DNA from: an uncultured virus (IMG/VR IMGVR_UViG_3300037195_000767)
Taxonomy: Duplodnaviria > Heunggongvirae > Uroviricota > Caudoviricetes
Strand: one strand, 5' to 3'
Length of the DNA stretch: 64,000 bases
Virus record (IMG/VR): IMGVR_UViG_3300037195_000767
Part shown: positions 1 through 9,814 of the stretch, in pieces
How the letters are laid out: every line of letters starts with the position of its first letter
Position numbering within the stretch: the first letter of the stretch is position 1
Translations under genes and position numbers: made by a program
The notes under the pieces: model-generated
Seen by the model: only the letters and a program-made list of their open reading frames with translations
Told to the model about the DNA's origin: nothing
Databases searched by the model: none

Positions 1-35
1 TATGTGATAAGTTGTGTAATTGTAAAAACTGTTAA
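1..35 (+). CDS. 3' end of upstream Cys-rich gene (partial)
   Basis: Frame reads CDKLCNCKNC-TAA and ends 2 nt before the ATG at 38. Confidence 0.45.
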   Translation, partial: CDKLCNCKNC

Positions 36-37
36 TT

Positions 38-2167
38 ATGAGTTTTCATAAATATAGATTAATTCGTGTAATGGTTCAAGTGCATAATGGAAATCCTAAT
101 GGTGGGGGTGCGGTTACATTTGATACAGTATGCACACCGAACAATCCAGAAATAAATCTATTTAAACAAAATGCGTCATCTCCCACTTTAGCAAATTCAA
201 ATGATTTTTACAATAGCTTTTTAGGTACCGTAGGTGGAATTCCATCTGTTGGAGAAACTATACGAATTTACGGTCACGGGACTGGATCTGGGAGTTCTGG
301 CCCATTACAAGGACTAGCTCCAGGTACATCTACTACTGGCTCCATTTACTATACCTGTTATGAGTATTTAGGAACTGGAGCAGCTACAGGAATAAATGTT
401 TTTTATGGGTTTAATGGTCTTACAGTAGAGAGTTCTCATCCCAGTTTTCCAGCAAATGCAATTTTATGCGATGCCTGTGCTCCTGAATGCTGTCCGCCTG
501 GTGTTGTTGACTCATGGAATTGTATAGGAGGTGCATGTATAGATCCTGGAACTGGTAATGGACAATATTCTTCATTAGCGGCATGTCAATCAAGTTGTGC
601 TATTGTGAGCACTTCTTCATGGAATTGTGATTGTTTAGGTAATTGTACTGATCCTGGTAATGGAACAGGAACATATAGTACCTTAGCCTCATGTCAAGCT
701 GCTTGTGCTAATAATGGATCATCTATAACTTATATTGAAACACATAATACTTGTGATGAATTTTTACTAGGGCAGTTTACTGTTGATTACTCTTGTGCTG
801 GTTGTACAATTCCTAATCCTTGTACTCCTAATGATGATTGTGGAGGTACGTGTTTTAATAGTATTCAAATGTGGTGGGAATATGAGACTAGTCCAGGTAC
901 TTGGGCTTTAGTAAATAATACGATGACTACAACACAATCAGGATTGTCTTATGATGTATTTTATGGGCAAGGTTGGAGTATGAGTAGTAATTGTTTTACC
1001 AATCATTTTAATCAATATGGAGATGGTAATTATAGAATGAAAGTGTATGTTATGCATATAGATTCCAGTAAAGATTATAATTTTGAAGGAGATCCTATTG
1101 CTTGGACATCACAGAATAATTATTTAATAATTTGTGGTTGTATAGATCAAACGGCATCTAATTATAATTCATCAGCTCTTTGTGATGATGGTTCTTGTAC
1201 ATATTTAGATTATCATGAATGGGAAAAATGTAGTAATGGAGATATTCTTAATCTAGTAGAATTAGGTCAGGCACAAACATCTGTTAATACTGCTAATTTT
1301 TATTTAATTGCTTACTCTCCTAATCAAGGAGAAGTAATGCAAATACTTTTTGCTGATGGAAGTATAGAATGTTATATATATTTAGGAACAAATTCAGTTC
1401 CTGCTAGTTTAGGATTTGCTGGTTTACCATCAACTATTATTACAATACATAATGATTGTGCCTCATGTGAAGTAGTATACGGTTGCACAGATACAAATGC
1501 TTCTAATTATAATCCATTCGCTACTATAGATGATGGAAGTTGTTTATATCCTCTAATAATATGTGGATGTACAGATCCAACTGCATCTAATTATGATCCA
1601 ACTGCTACTGGAGATTGTTATGATTCTTCTAATGAGAATGATTGTAATGTTATAGGTAGTGTTGATTATAATAATATTGGTCAATATGGAAATACATCTT
1701 GTTGTGATTATATTGATCCTTATGGTTGTACAGATCCATTAGCATGTAATTATAATCCTAATGCAACTATAGATGATGGATCTTGTTGTTATCCTGGATG
1801 TATATTCCCAGCAGCAATTAATTATGATCCTACTGCATGTTGTGATGATGGATCTTGTCTATATCCTAGTGGAGAAGATATATTTGGTTGTACGGATCCT
1901 CTTGCTATAAATTATAATCCAAATGCTACTATTGATGATGGGTCATGTTTATATGATGGAGGTAATGGAGGAACAAATCCTAATCCTTGTGATACAATTG
2001 ATATTACTACTATTACTCCTAATCCTTGTGATTTATTACAAATTGCTCATATATGGTCTAATAGAGTTAGTACTGGAACAGGAGGATGTGTAGATGAATT
2101 ACTAGATGATTTAATTATGTCAGTTGCTTTATATGATATGTTAGACGAAACAATTAAAAATAATTAG
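38..2167 (+). CDS. Cys-rich repeat virion/surface protein
   Basis: About 6 copies of GCTDPxAxNYNPxAxxDDGSC and 2 copies of SWNCxxGxCxDPGxGxGxYSxLAxCQxxC; lies in the structural operon. Confidence 0.75.
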   Translation: MSFHKYRLIRVMVQVHNGNPNGGGAVTFDTVCTPNNPEINLFKQNASSPTLANSNDFYNSFLGTVGGIPSVGETIRIYGHGTGSGSSGPLQGLAPGTSTTGSIYYTCYEYLGTGAATGINVFYGFNGLTVESSHPSFPANAILCDACAPECCPPGVVDSWNCIGGACIDPGTGNGQYSSLAACQSSCAIVSTSSWNCDCLGNCTDPGNGTGTYSTLASCQAACANNGSSITYIETHNTCDEFLLGQFTVDYSCAGCTIPNPCTPNDDCGGTCFNSIQMWWEYETSPGTWALVNNTMTTTQSGLSYDVFYGQGWSMSSNCFTNHFNQYGDGNYRMKVYVMHIDSSKDYNFEGDPIAWTSQNNYLIICGCIDQTASNYNSSALCDDGSCTYLDYHEWEKCSNGDILNLVELGQAQTSVNTANFYLIAYSPNQGEVMQILFADGSIECYIYLGTNSVPASLGFAGLPSTIITIHNDCASCEVVYGCTDTNASNYNPFATIDDGSCLYPLIICGCTDPTASNYDPTATGDCYDSSNENDCNVIGSVDYNNIGQYGNTSCCDYIDPYGCTDPLACNYNPNATIDDGSCCYPGCIFPAAINYDPTACCDDGSCLYPSGEDIFGCTDPLAINYNPNATIDDGSCLYDGGNGGTNPNPCDTIDITTITPNPCDLLQIAHIWSNRVSTGTGGCVDELLDDLIMSVALYDMLDETIKNN

Positions 2168-2169
2168 AG

Positions 2170-5100
2170 ATGCCTTTAGATAAAACAGTAATAGCATGGT
2201 CAACCACACATTGGGGTAGTGGAAATGAGCCTATCATTAAAGTTTACTTTGATGCAGGTCCATGTGTAGCTACTACTTATCCAATGCCTCAAGGAAATGG
2301 TACACCTCCATTATCTGTAGTAACAGCTTCGTCTTTTGGACAACAAATTTGTAATATACAAGATATTACTGGTGATGGATATGGATCATCATTTCCTGGT
2401 AACACTTCGACAGGAACTATGAATGGTGCTGGTAATAGTACTAGAAATCTTATAAGCAAAACTGTTTCTAATGATTTTACAGTTTCAGGATATAGAACAT
2501 ATTCATATGAATTAGTAGATGATCCAGGACAAATAACAGCATTTGACGGTGATTTAGGAGGAGGTATGACATCAGGAGTTCCAGAAGGTTCTGCTCAAGT
2601 ATATACTATTGATGTGTGGGTTCCAGGAAGTGATATACAAAGAGATACTTTAGGAGCAATGCCTGTTAATGTATGGCAACTTAGATCTGCGGGATGGAAA
2701 ATGAATCAAGGTTATATAGATCCTTATGATGCAGCAATTACTGGACACCGTTTAAATGGATCGGTATTGGTTTATAATCAATGGGGTGGAGCTGCATCTC
2801 CTATACTAGGTGTATCAACAGATATGAATGAAGGAGTTCAAGTAGCAATTAATCCTATTAATGATCCCGATAATCGTTTTTATGGAGAATTATTATTTCC
2901 ACCTATACCACTTACTACTACTTGGGGTAGTTGGCCTAGTACATTTGATACAATAGATTTTAAAAATGAATATTTAGTACAAGGTATAACTCCTACAATT
3001 CAGCCTAGTGATTGTTCTTCAGCAAATCCTACTACAGGTACGTTACCTTTACAAATGAAAGGAATAGCATGTTCTGATAAATATTACTATTGGTTACAAG
3101 CTCAATCACTTGCTAGTACTAATAATACTTCAATAATTGATGAATTTGTACAACTTATGAATATAGTTGGTGTACATCAAGCTCCAGGATATGTAGCTCA
3201 TCAAGTAAATCAGGGCATAACTCCCCAAAATAACGATGTAATGCCTACATTAGGAGGATGGGCAATAAATAGTTATCAAACTTCACAAGCAGTTAATGAT
3301 CCATGTACTAATATTACTTATACTGTTAGTTCAGTAATAGTAACTCAAAATAATTGTAATTCAGGTGTAAATATCGGCGCTATAGATATTACTCCTACAT
3401 GGGGAACGTCTCCTTATACTATTCTACAAACAGCTGGACCTGGTAGTCTTAATGTTACTAATATTACTGGTACTCATTCATTAACTAATTTAGCTGATGG
3501 TAGTTATTCATTTTTAATTACAGATAGTGATGGGTGTTTTACTACAGATAATATAGTTTTAGCATGTACGCCATGTACTCTTGATGTTCAAGGTACTGTA
3601 ACTAATCCTTTATGTGTCGAGGATAAGGGATCTTACGAGATTTTATCTACTACAACAACTGCTGGTTCTGTTACATATACTTATGAATTAACGGGTACTA
3701 TGTCTATATCTTCTGGTCCAGGTCAATTAGGTACTCATACATTTTATAGTCTTATTCCAGGTAATTATGTTGTTTATATAACTGAAGATAATACTGGATG
3801 TACAGACCAATTAAGTTTTTCTATAGTACCTCCTAGTATAATGGTACTTAGTAGTATTGTATCAAATGTTACTATGTATGGATTATCAGATGGTTCTATT
3901 AGTTTGTCTGCAACTGGAGGATCTGCTCCTTATACTTATTTATGGAATACAGGAGATACTGGTCCTAATTTAACAGGATTAACTGCTGGAACTTATTCAG
4001 TTCAGGTTACAGATATTAATGGATGTATAATAAATGATTCATTTACTATTACTGAACCTGAGTGTAATTTATTATTAGGAGGTTCAGTTACAGGATCTTC
4101 TCAAGGAACAACTGCAACTACAACGACTGCTACAGCAATACTAGATGTTAATTCTACTACATTAGCAAATTTTGATGGTAGAAGAATTTTAATAGATATA
4201 CCTGATGGTTCTGGAGGATTTACTTATTATGAAATATGGTTTGATGCTACTGGATCTACGACAGCACCAACTGCTGTTTCTGGTTATACACAAATAGAAG
4301 TAGATATTAGTTCAGAAACTACTGTTACAGGTATTGCTAGTGTTTTAGATACTCAAATAGGTTTATATATAGCTTCTACAGAATTAACTACTACATTAGC
4401 TTCTGGATCTGATGTAATTAATATTACGTTTACAAATACAGGTACTGCAGCATTAGCTCATGCATCTACAAATGGTACTACTAATACAGAGTTAAATATA
4501 ATATTAACTCAACAAGCTGGTAATGATGGATCTATTAATTTATATGATCCTATAGGAGGACTTCCTCCATATACTTATTCTTGGACAGGACCAAATAATT
4601 ATACAGCTACGACTCAAGATATTAGTGATTTGTCTACAGGATATTATACTGTTGAAGTATGTGATTCTTTAGGTTGTTGTGAATCAGTTTCTTTCTACGT
4701 AATGCCAGGAGATTGTATTACTAGTTGTGATGCAGATACAGTAGTTAATTATTTAAATTCTATATTACTAAGATGTGGTTGTGAAATTAATAATAACCAT
4801 GGAGGAAGAAATGGAGAAGGAGATCATTCAGAATTAAGAACTAGTGGAGTAAGAACTCAATTTAATACATATAATACTTCTATTAAAATAGGTAATACAA
4901 ATTATAGTTCAACTACAGTAACTAATAATAGTCCTAAATCTTCAATATCTATACCTAGACCATCTAAACCATTACAATCAATTATTAAGAGTCCTGTATT
5001 TAAAGAAAAAGATGTATCTATAATAAAACCTTTAGAAAATATTATTAAAATAGTAGATATGGGTTTTGTAAAAGAATTTACTAAATCTCTTAAAAATATT

Positions 5101-5430
5101 ATAGATAGTGGTATAGGACATATATATACTAAACTTGTAAAAGATAATAAAAAAATTCATACTGAATTATTAAATAAACCAATTGATGAAGTTTTAAAAT
5201 TAAAAGAAGAAGAAATAAAAAATATACAATCAGATATAGATGATATTCCTACTAGTATATCAGAAGCTTTAGATAAAGGATTAAATCCTAATATATTATA
5301 TAAAGAACTTTTACTAGAAGAGGAATTAAAGAAAAAAGAAATACTTGAAAATGGTACAAATGGTATGGGTAATATATATGATCCACCTGAATCATCAGAT
5401 GACGAGTGTGATAGTGCGGATGGGTGTTAA
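2170..5430 (+). CDS. SprB-repeat-containing adhesin-like structural protein
   Basis: Repeats such as GSISLSATGGSAPYTYLWNTG...GTYSVQVTDINGC and GSINLYDPIGGLPPYTYSWTGP resemble Bacteroidota SprB repeats; charged helical C-terminus. Confidence 0.7.
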   Translation: MPLDKTVIAWSTTHWGSGNEPIIKVYFDAGPCVATTYPMPQGNGTPPLSVVTASSFGQQICNIQDITGDGYGSSFPGNTSTGTMNGAGNSTRNLISKTVSNDFTVSGYRTYSYELVDDPGQITAFDGDLGGGMTSGVPEGSAQVYTIDVWVPGSDIQRDTLGAMPVNVWQLRSAGWKMNQGYIDPYDAAITGHRLNGSVLVYNQWGGAASPILGVSTDMNEGVQVAINPINDPDNRFYGELLFPPIPLTTTWGSWPSTFDTIDFKNEYLVQGITPTIQPSDCSSANPTTGTLPLQMKGIACSDKYYYWLQAQSLASTNNTSIIDEFVQLMNIVGVHQAPGYVAHQVNQGITPQNNDVMPTLGGWAINSYQTSQAVNDPCTNITYTVSSVIVTQNNCNSGVNIGAIDITPTWGTSPYTILQTAGPGSLNVTNITGTHSLTNLADGSYSFLITDSDGCFTTDNIVLACTPCTLDVQGTVTNPLCVEDKGSYEILSTTTTAGSVTYTYELTGTMSISSGPGQLGTHTFYSLIPGNYVVYITEDNTGCTDQLSFSIVPPSIMVLSSIVSNVTMYGLSDGSISLSATGGSAPYTYLWNTGDTGPNLTGLTAGTYSVQVTDINGCIINDSFTITEPECNLLLGGSVTGSSQGTTATTTTATAILDVNSTTLANFDGRRILIDIPDGSGGFTYYEIWFDATGSTTAPTAVSGYTQIEVDISSETTVTGIASVLDTQIGLYIASTELTTTLASGSDVINITFTNTGTAALAHASTNGTTNTELNIILTQQAGNDGSINLYDPIGGLPPYTYSWTGPNNYTATTQDISDLSTGYYTVEVCDSLGCCESVSFYVMPGDCITSCDADTVVNYLNSILLRCGCEINNNHGGRNGEGDHSELRTSGVRTQFNTYNTSIKIGNTNYSSTTVTNNSPKSSISIPRPSKPLQSIIKSPVFKEKDVSIIKPLENIIKIVDMGFVKEFTKSLKNIIDSGIGHIYTKLVKDNKKIHTELLNKPIDEVLKLKEEEIKNIQSDIDDIPTSISEALDKGLNPNILYKELLLEEELKKKEILENGTNGMGNIYDPPESSDDECDSADGC

Positions 5431-5470
5431 TAAAATAAATATTAAAAAAATATAAATTAAAATTAAAAAA

Positions 5471-5623
5471 ATGAATTTTATAAATAGTTGGGCAAAAGGT
5501 AATAAGAAAGAAACAATATGTGATATATCTGTTAGATTAGGTAGAATCACATTATTAGAAATACATTTAAATTTTGGTGTAAAATATAGATTAGTTGTAG
5601 CTAATTTTGGTATTGAGTTCTAA
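5471..5623 (+). CDS. small hypothetical protein (50 aa, not in ORF track)
   Basis: ATG after an A-rich leader; reads MNFINSWAKG...ANFGIEF; stop is 1 nt before the next ATG. Confidence 0.6.
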   Translation: MNFINSWAKGNKKETICDISVRLGRITLLEIHLNFGVKYRLVVANFGIEF

Positions 5624-5624
5624 T

Positions 5625-5834
5625 ATGAAAATAACTAACCAGCAATTATATGATGATATACAAGACGTCAAAGAAGACGTAAGATTTATTAAGAAACGAT
5701 TATTAGATCCAGATGGTGGAGCTATTTCTAGAGTTAATAAAAATACTTCTTTTAGAAAACAAACAGGAAAGGTGTTGTGGTCTATTTGGATCGCTTTAAT
5801 AGGTATAATAGGTAAAATAATATTTTGGAATTAA
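5625..5834 (+). CDS. small membrane protein, holin-like topology
   Basis: Coiled N-terminus plus one C-terminal TM segment (VLWSIWIALIGIIGKIIFW); ATG at 5625 is a better start than TTG 5607. Confidence 0.55.
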   Translation: MKITNQQLYDDIQDVKEDVRFIKKRLLDPDGGAISRVNKNTSFRKQTGKVLWSIWIALIGIIGKIIFWN

Positions 5835-5967
5835 ATGGTAAAATTTGTAAATGAAAATACAGGATTTAAAATAGGAACAACAAGAAAAGAGGTTCAAGAA
5901 AAAATTAATAAATTATTTAACTAGGATATATGGTTAATTTTTTGTATATTTATAAAGTTAATAAAAA

Positions 5968-5977
5968 NNNNNNNNNN
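5968..5977. other. assembly/scaffold gap (10 N)
   Basis: Run of N; true gap length unknown. Confidence 0.98.
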
Positions 5978-6532
5978 TGTAGTGCTTCTTCTGTAGGAAT
6001 TTTTCAAACTAGCACAGCTAATAAAGTAAAGAGTAATAAACCTTGTTGTTGTGATTATCATATATTTACAGGATTATCAGCTTCAGTACTTCTTAATTAT
6101 TCATATAGTGAAGATATATTAGATACTAGAGCACCATTTGATCACGATCAAGATTATGGTCATACAACAGTAGGTGGTGCAACTATTCTACCATCTCCAG
6201 TTTTACGTATGGGTTCTTCTTTTATAGCTGATACTAATCTAAAGTTAGATAGTATTTATGGTTATATGACTATTAATGGAGCTAGTAGTGCTACAGCAAC
6301 TATAGCTATTTGTAAGGTAACACCTGCTGTAGGTGTCTCTTCAGCATTAACACCTGTAGCTTTAGGAGAATTTATAGTAACTAGTAATGATAGTAATCAA
6401 GAATATAGTCTAATAGATAGTAAATCATTTTCTAATATAAATGTATCTAAAGGAGATATTGTTTTTACAATGATAAAAGGATCAAATGATGGTGATGGTA
6501 TTTACTGGCGTACAAAATTAAAATTTAGATAA
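5978..6532 (+). CDS. putative structural protein, 5' end lost in gap
   Basis: Open frame after the Ns with beta-rich composition; the ATG at 5930 is unreliable. Confidence 0.6.
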   Translation, partial: CSASSVGIFQTSTANKVKSNKPCCCDYHIFTGLSASVLLNYSYSEDILDTRAPFDHDQDYGHTTVGGATILPSPVLRMGSSFIADTNLKLDSIYGYMTINGASSATATIAICKVTPAVGVSSALTPVALGEFIVTSNDSNQEYSLIDSKSFSNINVSKGDIVFTMIKGSNDGDGIYWRTKLKFR

Positions 6533-6787
6533 AATAAACTATATGGAGTTGGGAATCTACATTGTTATGTGGATGGAGTCGAATCAATAACAGGAGGACT
6601 AGAATATAATGATGAAACGTTTACATTTGATATATTAAAAGGCGGGAGAAGTGATAATTTTAGAACAGGATTAATTTTTCAATCATCACTAAATGATAGA
6701 GATAGAAGAGACTTACAAGATTGGTTAACATATAGAAACTAATCTGAAATTAAAATAAATATTAATATAAAATAAATAAATAAAATT

Positions 6788-7384
6788 ATGTCAAAGTACA
6801 AAAGTCCAATGGGAGGAAGTGGTAAAAGAACTACTAACCTCTTTTATAGATCAGGGATAAGTTCCCTATTAAGCAGAATTGAAAAACTAGAAAACGAAGT
6901 ATATTGTTGTAAAGATACAGAAGAAGTATATGTAGTTGATGGTAGTAAAACATTAAATCGTAGTACTCATAATTATGGTACTATTGTTTGGGCTGCAGAA
7001 GCAGATGCTGAAACACTTACTTTATTTCATCCTAAAAAAGGAGATAAATTAGATGTTATATTATCAGCAGATACTCATGGTAGTGGTGTTTCTATTACAA
7101 CTGGAACATTAAATAATGCTTCTCACTATTTTTATGGTAATGTATTTGTTACGCAAAGTGATGCTGATGATACAATATCAATGCAATCTGCAACAGCCGC
7201 TGAAGGAGCAGCAGGTGTTTTTGATCACCTTAATTTAGAAGATGATAATACAGCTACAGGAGGTCAAGAAGGAAATAAGATAAGTTTATTAGCAACAGCT
7301 GATAATGTGTGGTATGTAAATGCTATATTAAGTACTACTGGTACACCAGCAAGTATAGTAACAATGGCAGCAGCTGCAGTGTAA
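6788..7384 (+). CDS. putative virion fibre/decoration protein
   Basis: Short coiled coil (LLSRIEKLENE) followed by a beta-rich domain; strong A-rich leader. Confidence 0.55.
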   Translation: MSKYKSPMGGSGKRTTNLFYRSGISSLLSRIEKLENEVYCCKDTEEVYVVDGSKTLNRSTHNYGTIVWAAEADAETLTLFHPKKGDKLDVILSADTHGSGVSITTGTLNNASHYFYGNVFVTQSDADDTISMQSATAAEGAAGVFDHLNLEDDNTATGGQEGNKISLLATADNVWYVNAILSTTGTPASIVTMAAAAV

Positions 7385-7385
7385 T

Positions 7386-7419
7386 AGTTGTAATTCTGGA
7401 TTTTTTTACTATCTTTGCA
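7386..7419 (+). promoter_or_regulatory. Bacteroidota sigma-70-type promoter (-33/-7)
   Basis: AGTTG-N19-TATCTTTG-CA upstream of the ORF at 7443. Confidence 0.7.
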
Positions 7420-7442
7420 GTATTAATTAATAATACCTGTAT

Positions 7443-8714
7443 ATGGATAATGTAAAAAAACTAAGAGAACACCTACTAACGAAAGGTAGGGACAAAAGTT
7501 ACAATGAGTTAGCCGAGCTTTATCATATTAAAGATAAAGCTGGGCATATCTCAGGAGAAAGAGTAAGAGGAATATGGAGACGATTAAAAGTTTCTAGGGA
7601 TCCTCAATCAGATAAGAACCTTCCAAAGGTTGTTAATGAAAACGGTAAACAATTTATCGATTACTCTGGATCTGAAATTACAACCTTAGAAGACTTGGTT
7701 GATACTATTGGTGTCAACCTTGACTTCTGGGATGTTAAAAGTTTTAGGGCTTCAACCTGGCAAGACTTTAGTGGAGATACAAAGTATGCTGTAAGAGCTG
7801 CTTTTGATCAAAGTAAAGAGGCTAGAGATAAAGTACGTGAAGAGTTTATAGAAGCTGCTATTAAGCATGCTCCTAAATACAAAACCGTAAAATACCCTAA
7901 AACTATAAGTAAAGAGAGAGTTGCATACGAAGTAAATTTACCTGATTTACATCTAGGTAAATTAAGTTGGGGAAAAGAAGTAGGACATAAATATGATGTT
8001 AATATAGCTAAATCTATTTTTGTTCAAGCTGTTGATAAACTGTTAGCATATTCTCAGAACTTTCATATAGATAAGATAATCTTTCCAATAGGGAATGATT
8101 TACTTAACTCAGAAGGTCTGACAAGTGCTACAACAAAAGGTACACCTCAACAAGATGATGTAAGATGGCAACGATCTTTTACGATGTGTAGAGAAATGCT
8201 TGTAGAAGTAATTGATACTTTGAGATTAGTAGCACCTGTAGAGGTTATAATAGTTCCAGGGAATCATGATTATGAGCGAATGTTTTACATAGGTGATGCT
8301 ATATATGCTTGGTATCATAATTGTAATGAAGTAGAAGTTAATAATGATCCTTCGCCAAGAAAGTATACAATGTATGGAGTAAACTTGATTGGACTTACAC
8401 ATGGTTCTAGCGAGAAGCAAGCTGATCTACCATTGATCATGGCTTCAGAAAAACCAGAGTTATGGGCGAAAGCAACTCATACTGAGTGGCATATAGGTCA
8501 TTTACATAAAGCTAAGTCTATGAATTGGGTAGATATAGACGAGAGGTTTGGTACAATAATAAGGATATTACCTTCTCTATCTGGAACAGATGCTTGGCAT
8601 CATGAGAAAGGTTTTGTTGGTAATACAAGGGCCGCTCAAGCTTATGCTTGGGGAAAAGAAACTGGATATAAAGGTCATTTCCAGGTGAATGTTAACGAAT
8701 TAAAAATAAATTAA
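7443..8714 (+). CDS. calcineurin-like metallophosphoesterase with N-terminal HTH-like region
   Basis: Motifs DLHLG, GNDLLN, GNHD, THG and GHLH occur in the correct order. Confidence 0.85.
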   Translation: MDNVKKLREHLLTKGRDKSYNELAELYHIKDKAGHISGERVRGIWRRLKVSRDPQSDKNLPKVVNENGKQFIDYSGSEITTLEDLVDTIGVNLDFWDVKSFRASTWQDFSGDTKYAVRAAFDQSKEARDKVREEFIEAAIKHAPKYKTVKYPKTISKERVAYEVNLPDLHLGKLSWGKEVGHKYDVNIAKSIFVQAVDKLLAYSQNFHIDKIIFPIGNDLLNSEGLTSATTKGTPQQDDVRWQRSFTMCREMLVEVIDTLRLVAPVEVIIVPGNHDYERMFYIGDAIYAWYHNCNEVEVNNDPSPRKYTMYGVNLIGLTHGSSEKQADLPLIMASEKPELWAKATHTEWHIGHLHKAKSMNWVDIDERFGTIIRILPSLSGTDAWHHEKGFVGNTRAAQAYAWGKETGYKGHFQVNVNELKIN

Positions 8715-8715
8715 A

Positions 8716-9117
8716 ATGGCAAAAGGATCAGATGATATAACAATGACTCTCAAGCTTGAAGGTAAGGATATAGGTCCTATAAAACTTAACATGCAAGTTA
8801 GTAAAAAGATAGCTGTAGCTGGTGGTGAATCAGGTATAATGTCTGCTACTTGTAGTGATACAGGTTTGGATGTTATAAACCGAGCAGCAGCTGGGAGAAC
8901 ATTTGTTTTTGTACATAATACAGGAACAACAAACGCTATTAAAGTATGGAGCGCTCCAACTAATGGGACTTCTTACAGTCATATAGCGTCAGTTAATGCT
9001 GGTGAATTTGGAATATTTCCACTTACAGCAGCTACGGTAGCACATACAAAATGTAGATTATTCGCATCAGCTGGAACAACTACTTGTAATTATGCTACGT
9101 TTGAAATGAATAATTAA
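8716..9117 (+). CDS. small beta-rich structural protein (paralog family A)
   Basis: FVFVHN...SVNAGEFGIFP...YATFE pattern shared with ORFs at 9136 and 13353. Confidence 0.6.
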   Translation: MAKGSDDITMTLKLEGKDIGPIKLNMQVSKKIAVAGGESGIMSATCSDTGLDVINRAAAGRTFVFVHNTGTTNAIKVWSAPTNGTSYSHIASVNAGEFGIFPLTAATVAHTKCRLFASAGTTTCNYATFEMNN

Positions 9118-9135
9118 TAAATAAAATAATAAGAA

Positions 9136-9555
9136 ATGGCAACATTAAAATATACAATTGCAATATCTAGCGATGATGCGTTTCCTCAAGCGGTAGCTTT
9201 CTCTCGTACATCTACTCTTGATATAGATGGGGATTCTTCAGCTATAGGTGAAAGAGAGGTAGGTGATAGTTTAGAAAGTATCTTACCTACAACAGATGCA
9301 GGAACCGTAGCTATAGAATCTAGAGCTTTCATTTATATTAGAAATGATGGAGGTTCTACAGATAACAAATTAATTGTTACTGTACAAGATGGAGATTCTG
9401 ACGGTGCTACTAACGATGCAGATGTTATGCAACTTTCTGGAGGAGATCAGGTTTGTTTCATGTATAAACATGAAGACGGAACAGCTAAAGATGTGCAAGT
9501 AAAATCAGATACAGGAACAGCATACTTTAGTTATGCTTTCTGCGAATTAACTTAA
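9136..9555 (+). CDS. small beta-rich structural protein (paralog family A)
   Basis: FIYIRN...QLSGGDQVCF...YAFCE pattern. Confidence 0.6.
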   Translation: MATLKYTIAISSDDAFPQAVAFSRTSTLDIDGDSSAIGEREVGDSLESILPTTDAGTVAIESRAFIYIRNDGGSTDNKLIVTVQDGDSDGATNDADVMQLSGGDQVCFMYKHEDGTAKDVQVKSDTGTAYFSYAFCELT

Positions 9556-9565
9556 AATAATAATT

Positions 9566-9814
9566 ATGGCTAAATGTATTCACGGTAATGAAATAGGACA
9601 GTGTGGATTTTGTCGTAAAGAAAGTATGTATAGAATCGCTGAAGGTACTATGTCTACTACTGAACGACCTAAAGGAGTTTCACGTCCTGAGCTTAAAGAG
9701 ATTATTCAAGATGTAGATCATCAAGCTGAAGCTGAGAAACAGGATGAGATAATGAAGGAATATGTATTAAATAGTTTTACTACTAAACTAGAGAAAGAAG
9801 AAGATAGTGAATGA
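9566..9814 (+). CDS. hypothetical protein, possible N-terminal Zn site
   Basis: CxH...CxxC at the N-terminus. Confidence 0.55.
   Translation: MAKCIHGNEIGQCGFCRKESMYRIAEGTMSTTERPKGVSRPELKEIIQDVDHQAEAEKQDEIMKEYVLNSFTTKLEKEEDSE

Noticed and set aside
5835..5924. 29-aa ORF MVKFVNEN...KLFN
   Set aside because: Coupled to the previous stop but too short to support without homology
5930..5977. ATG at 5930 as the true start of the 200-aa ORF
   Set aside because: It spans an N gap of unknown length, and the pre-gap sequence looks intergenic/promoter-like (ttttttgtatattta)
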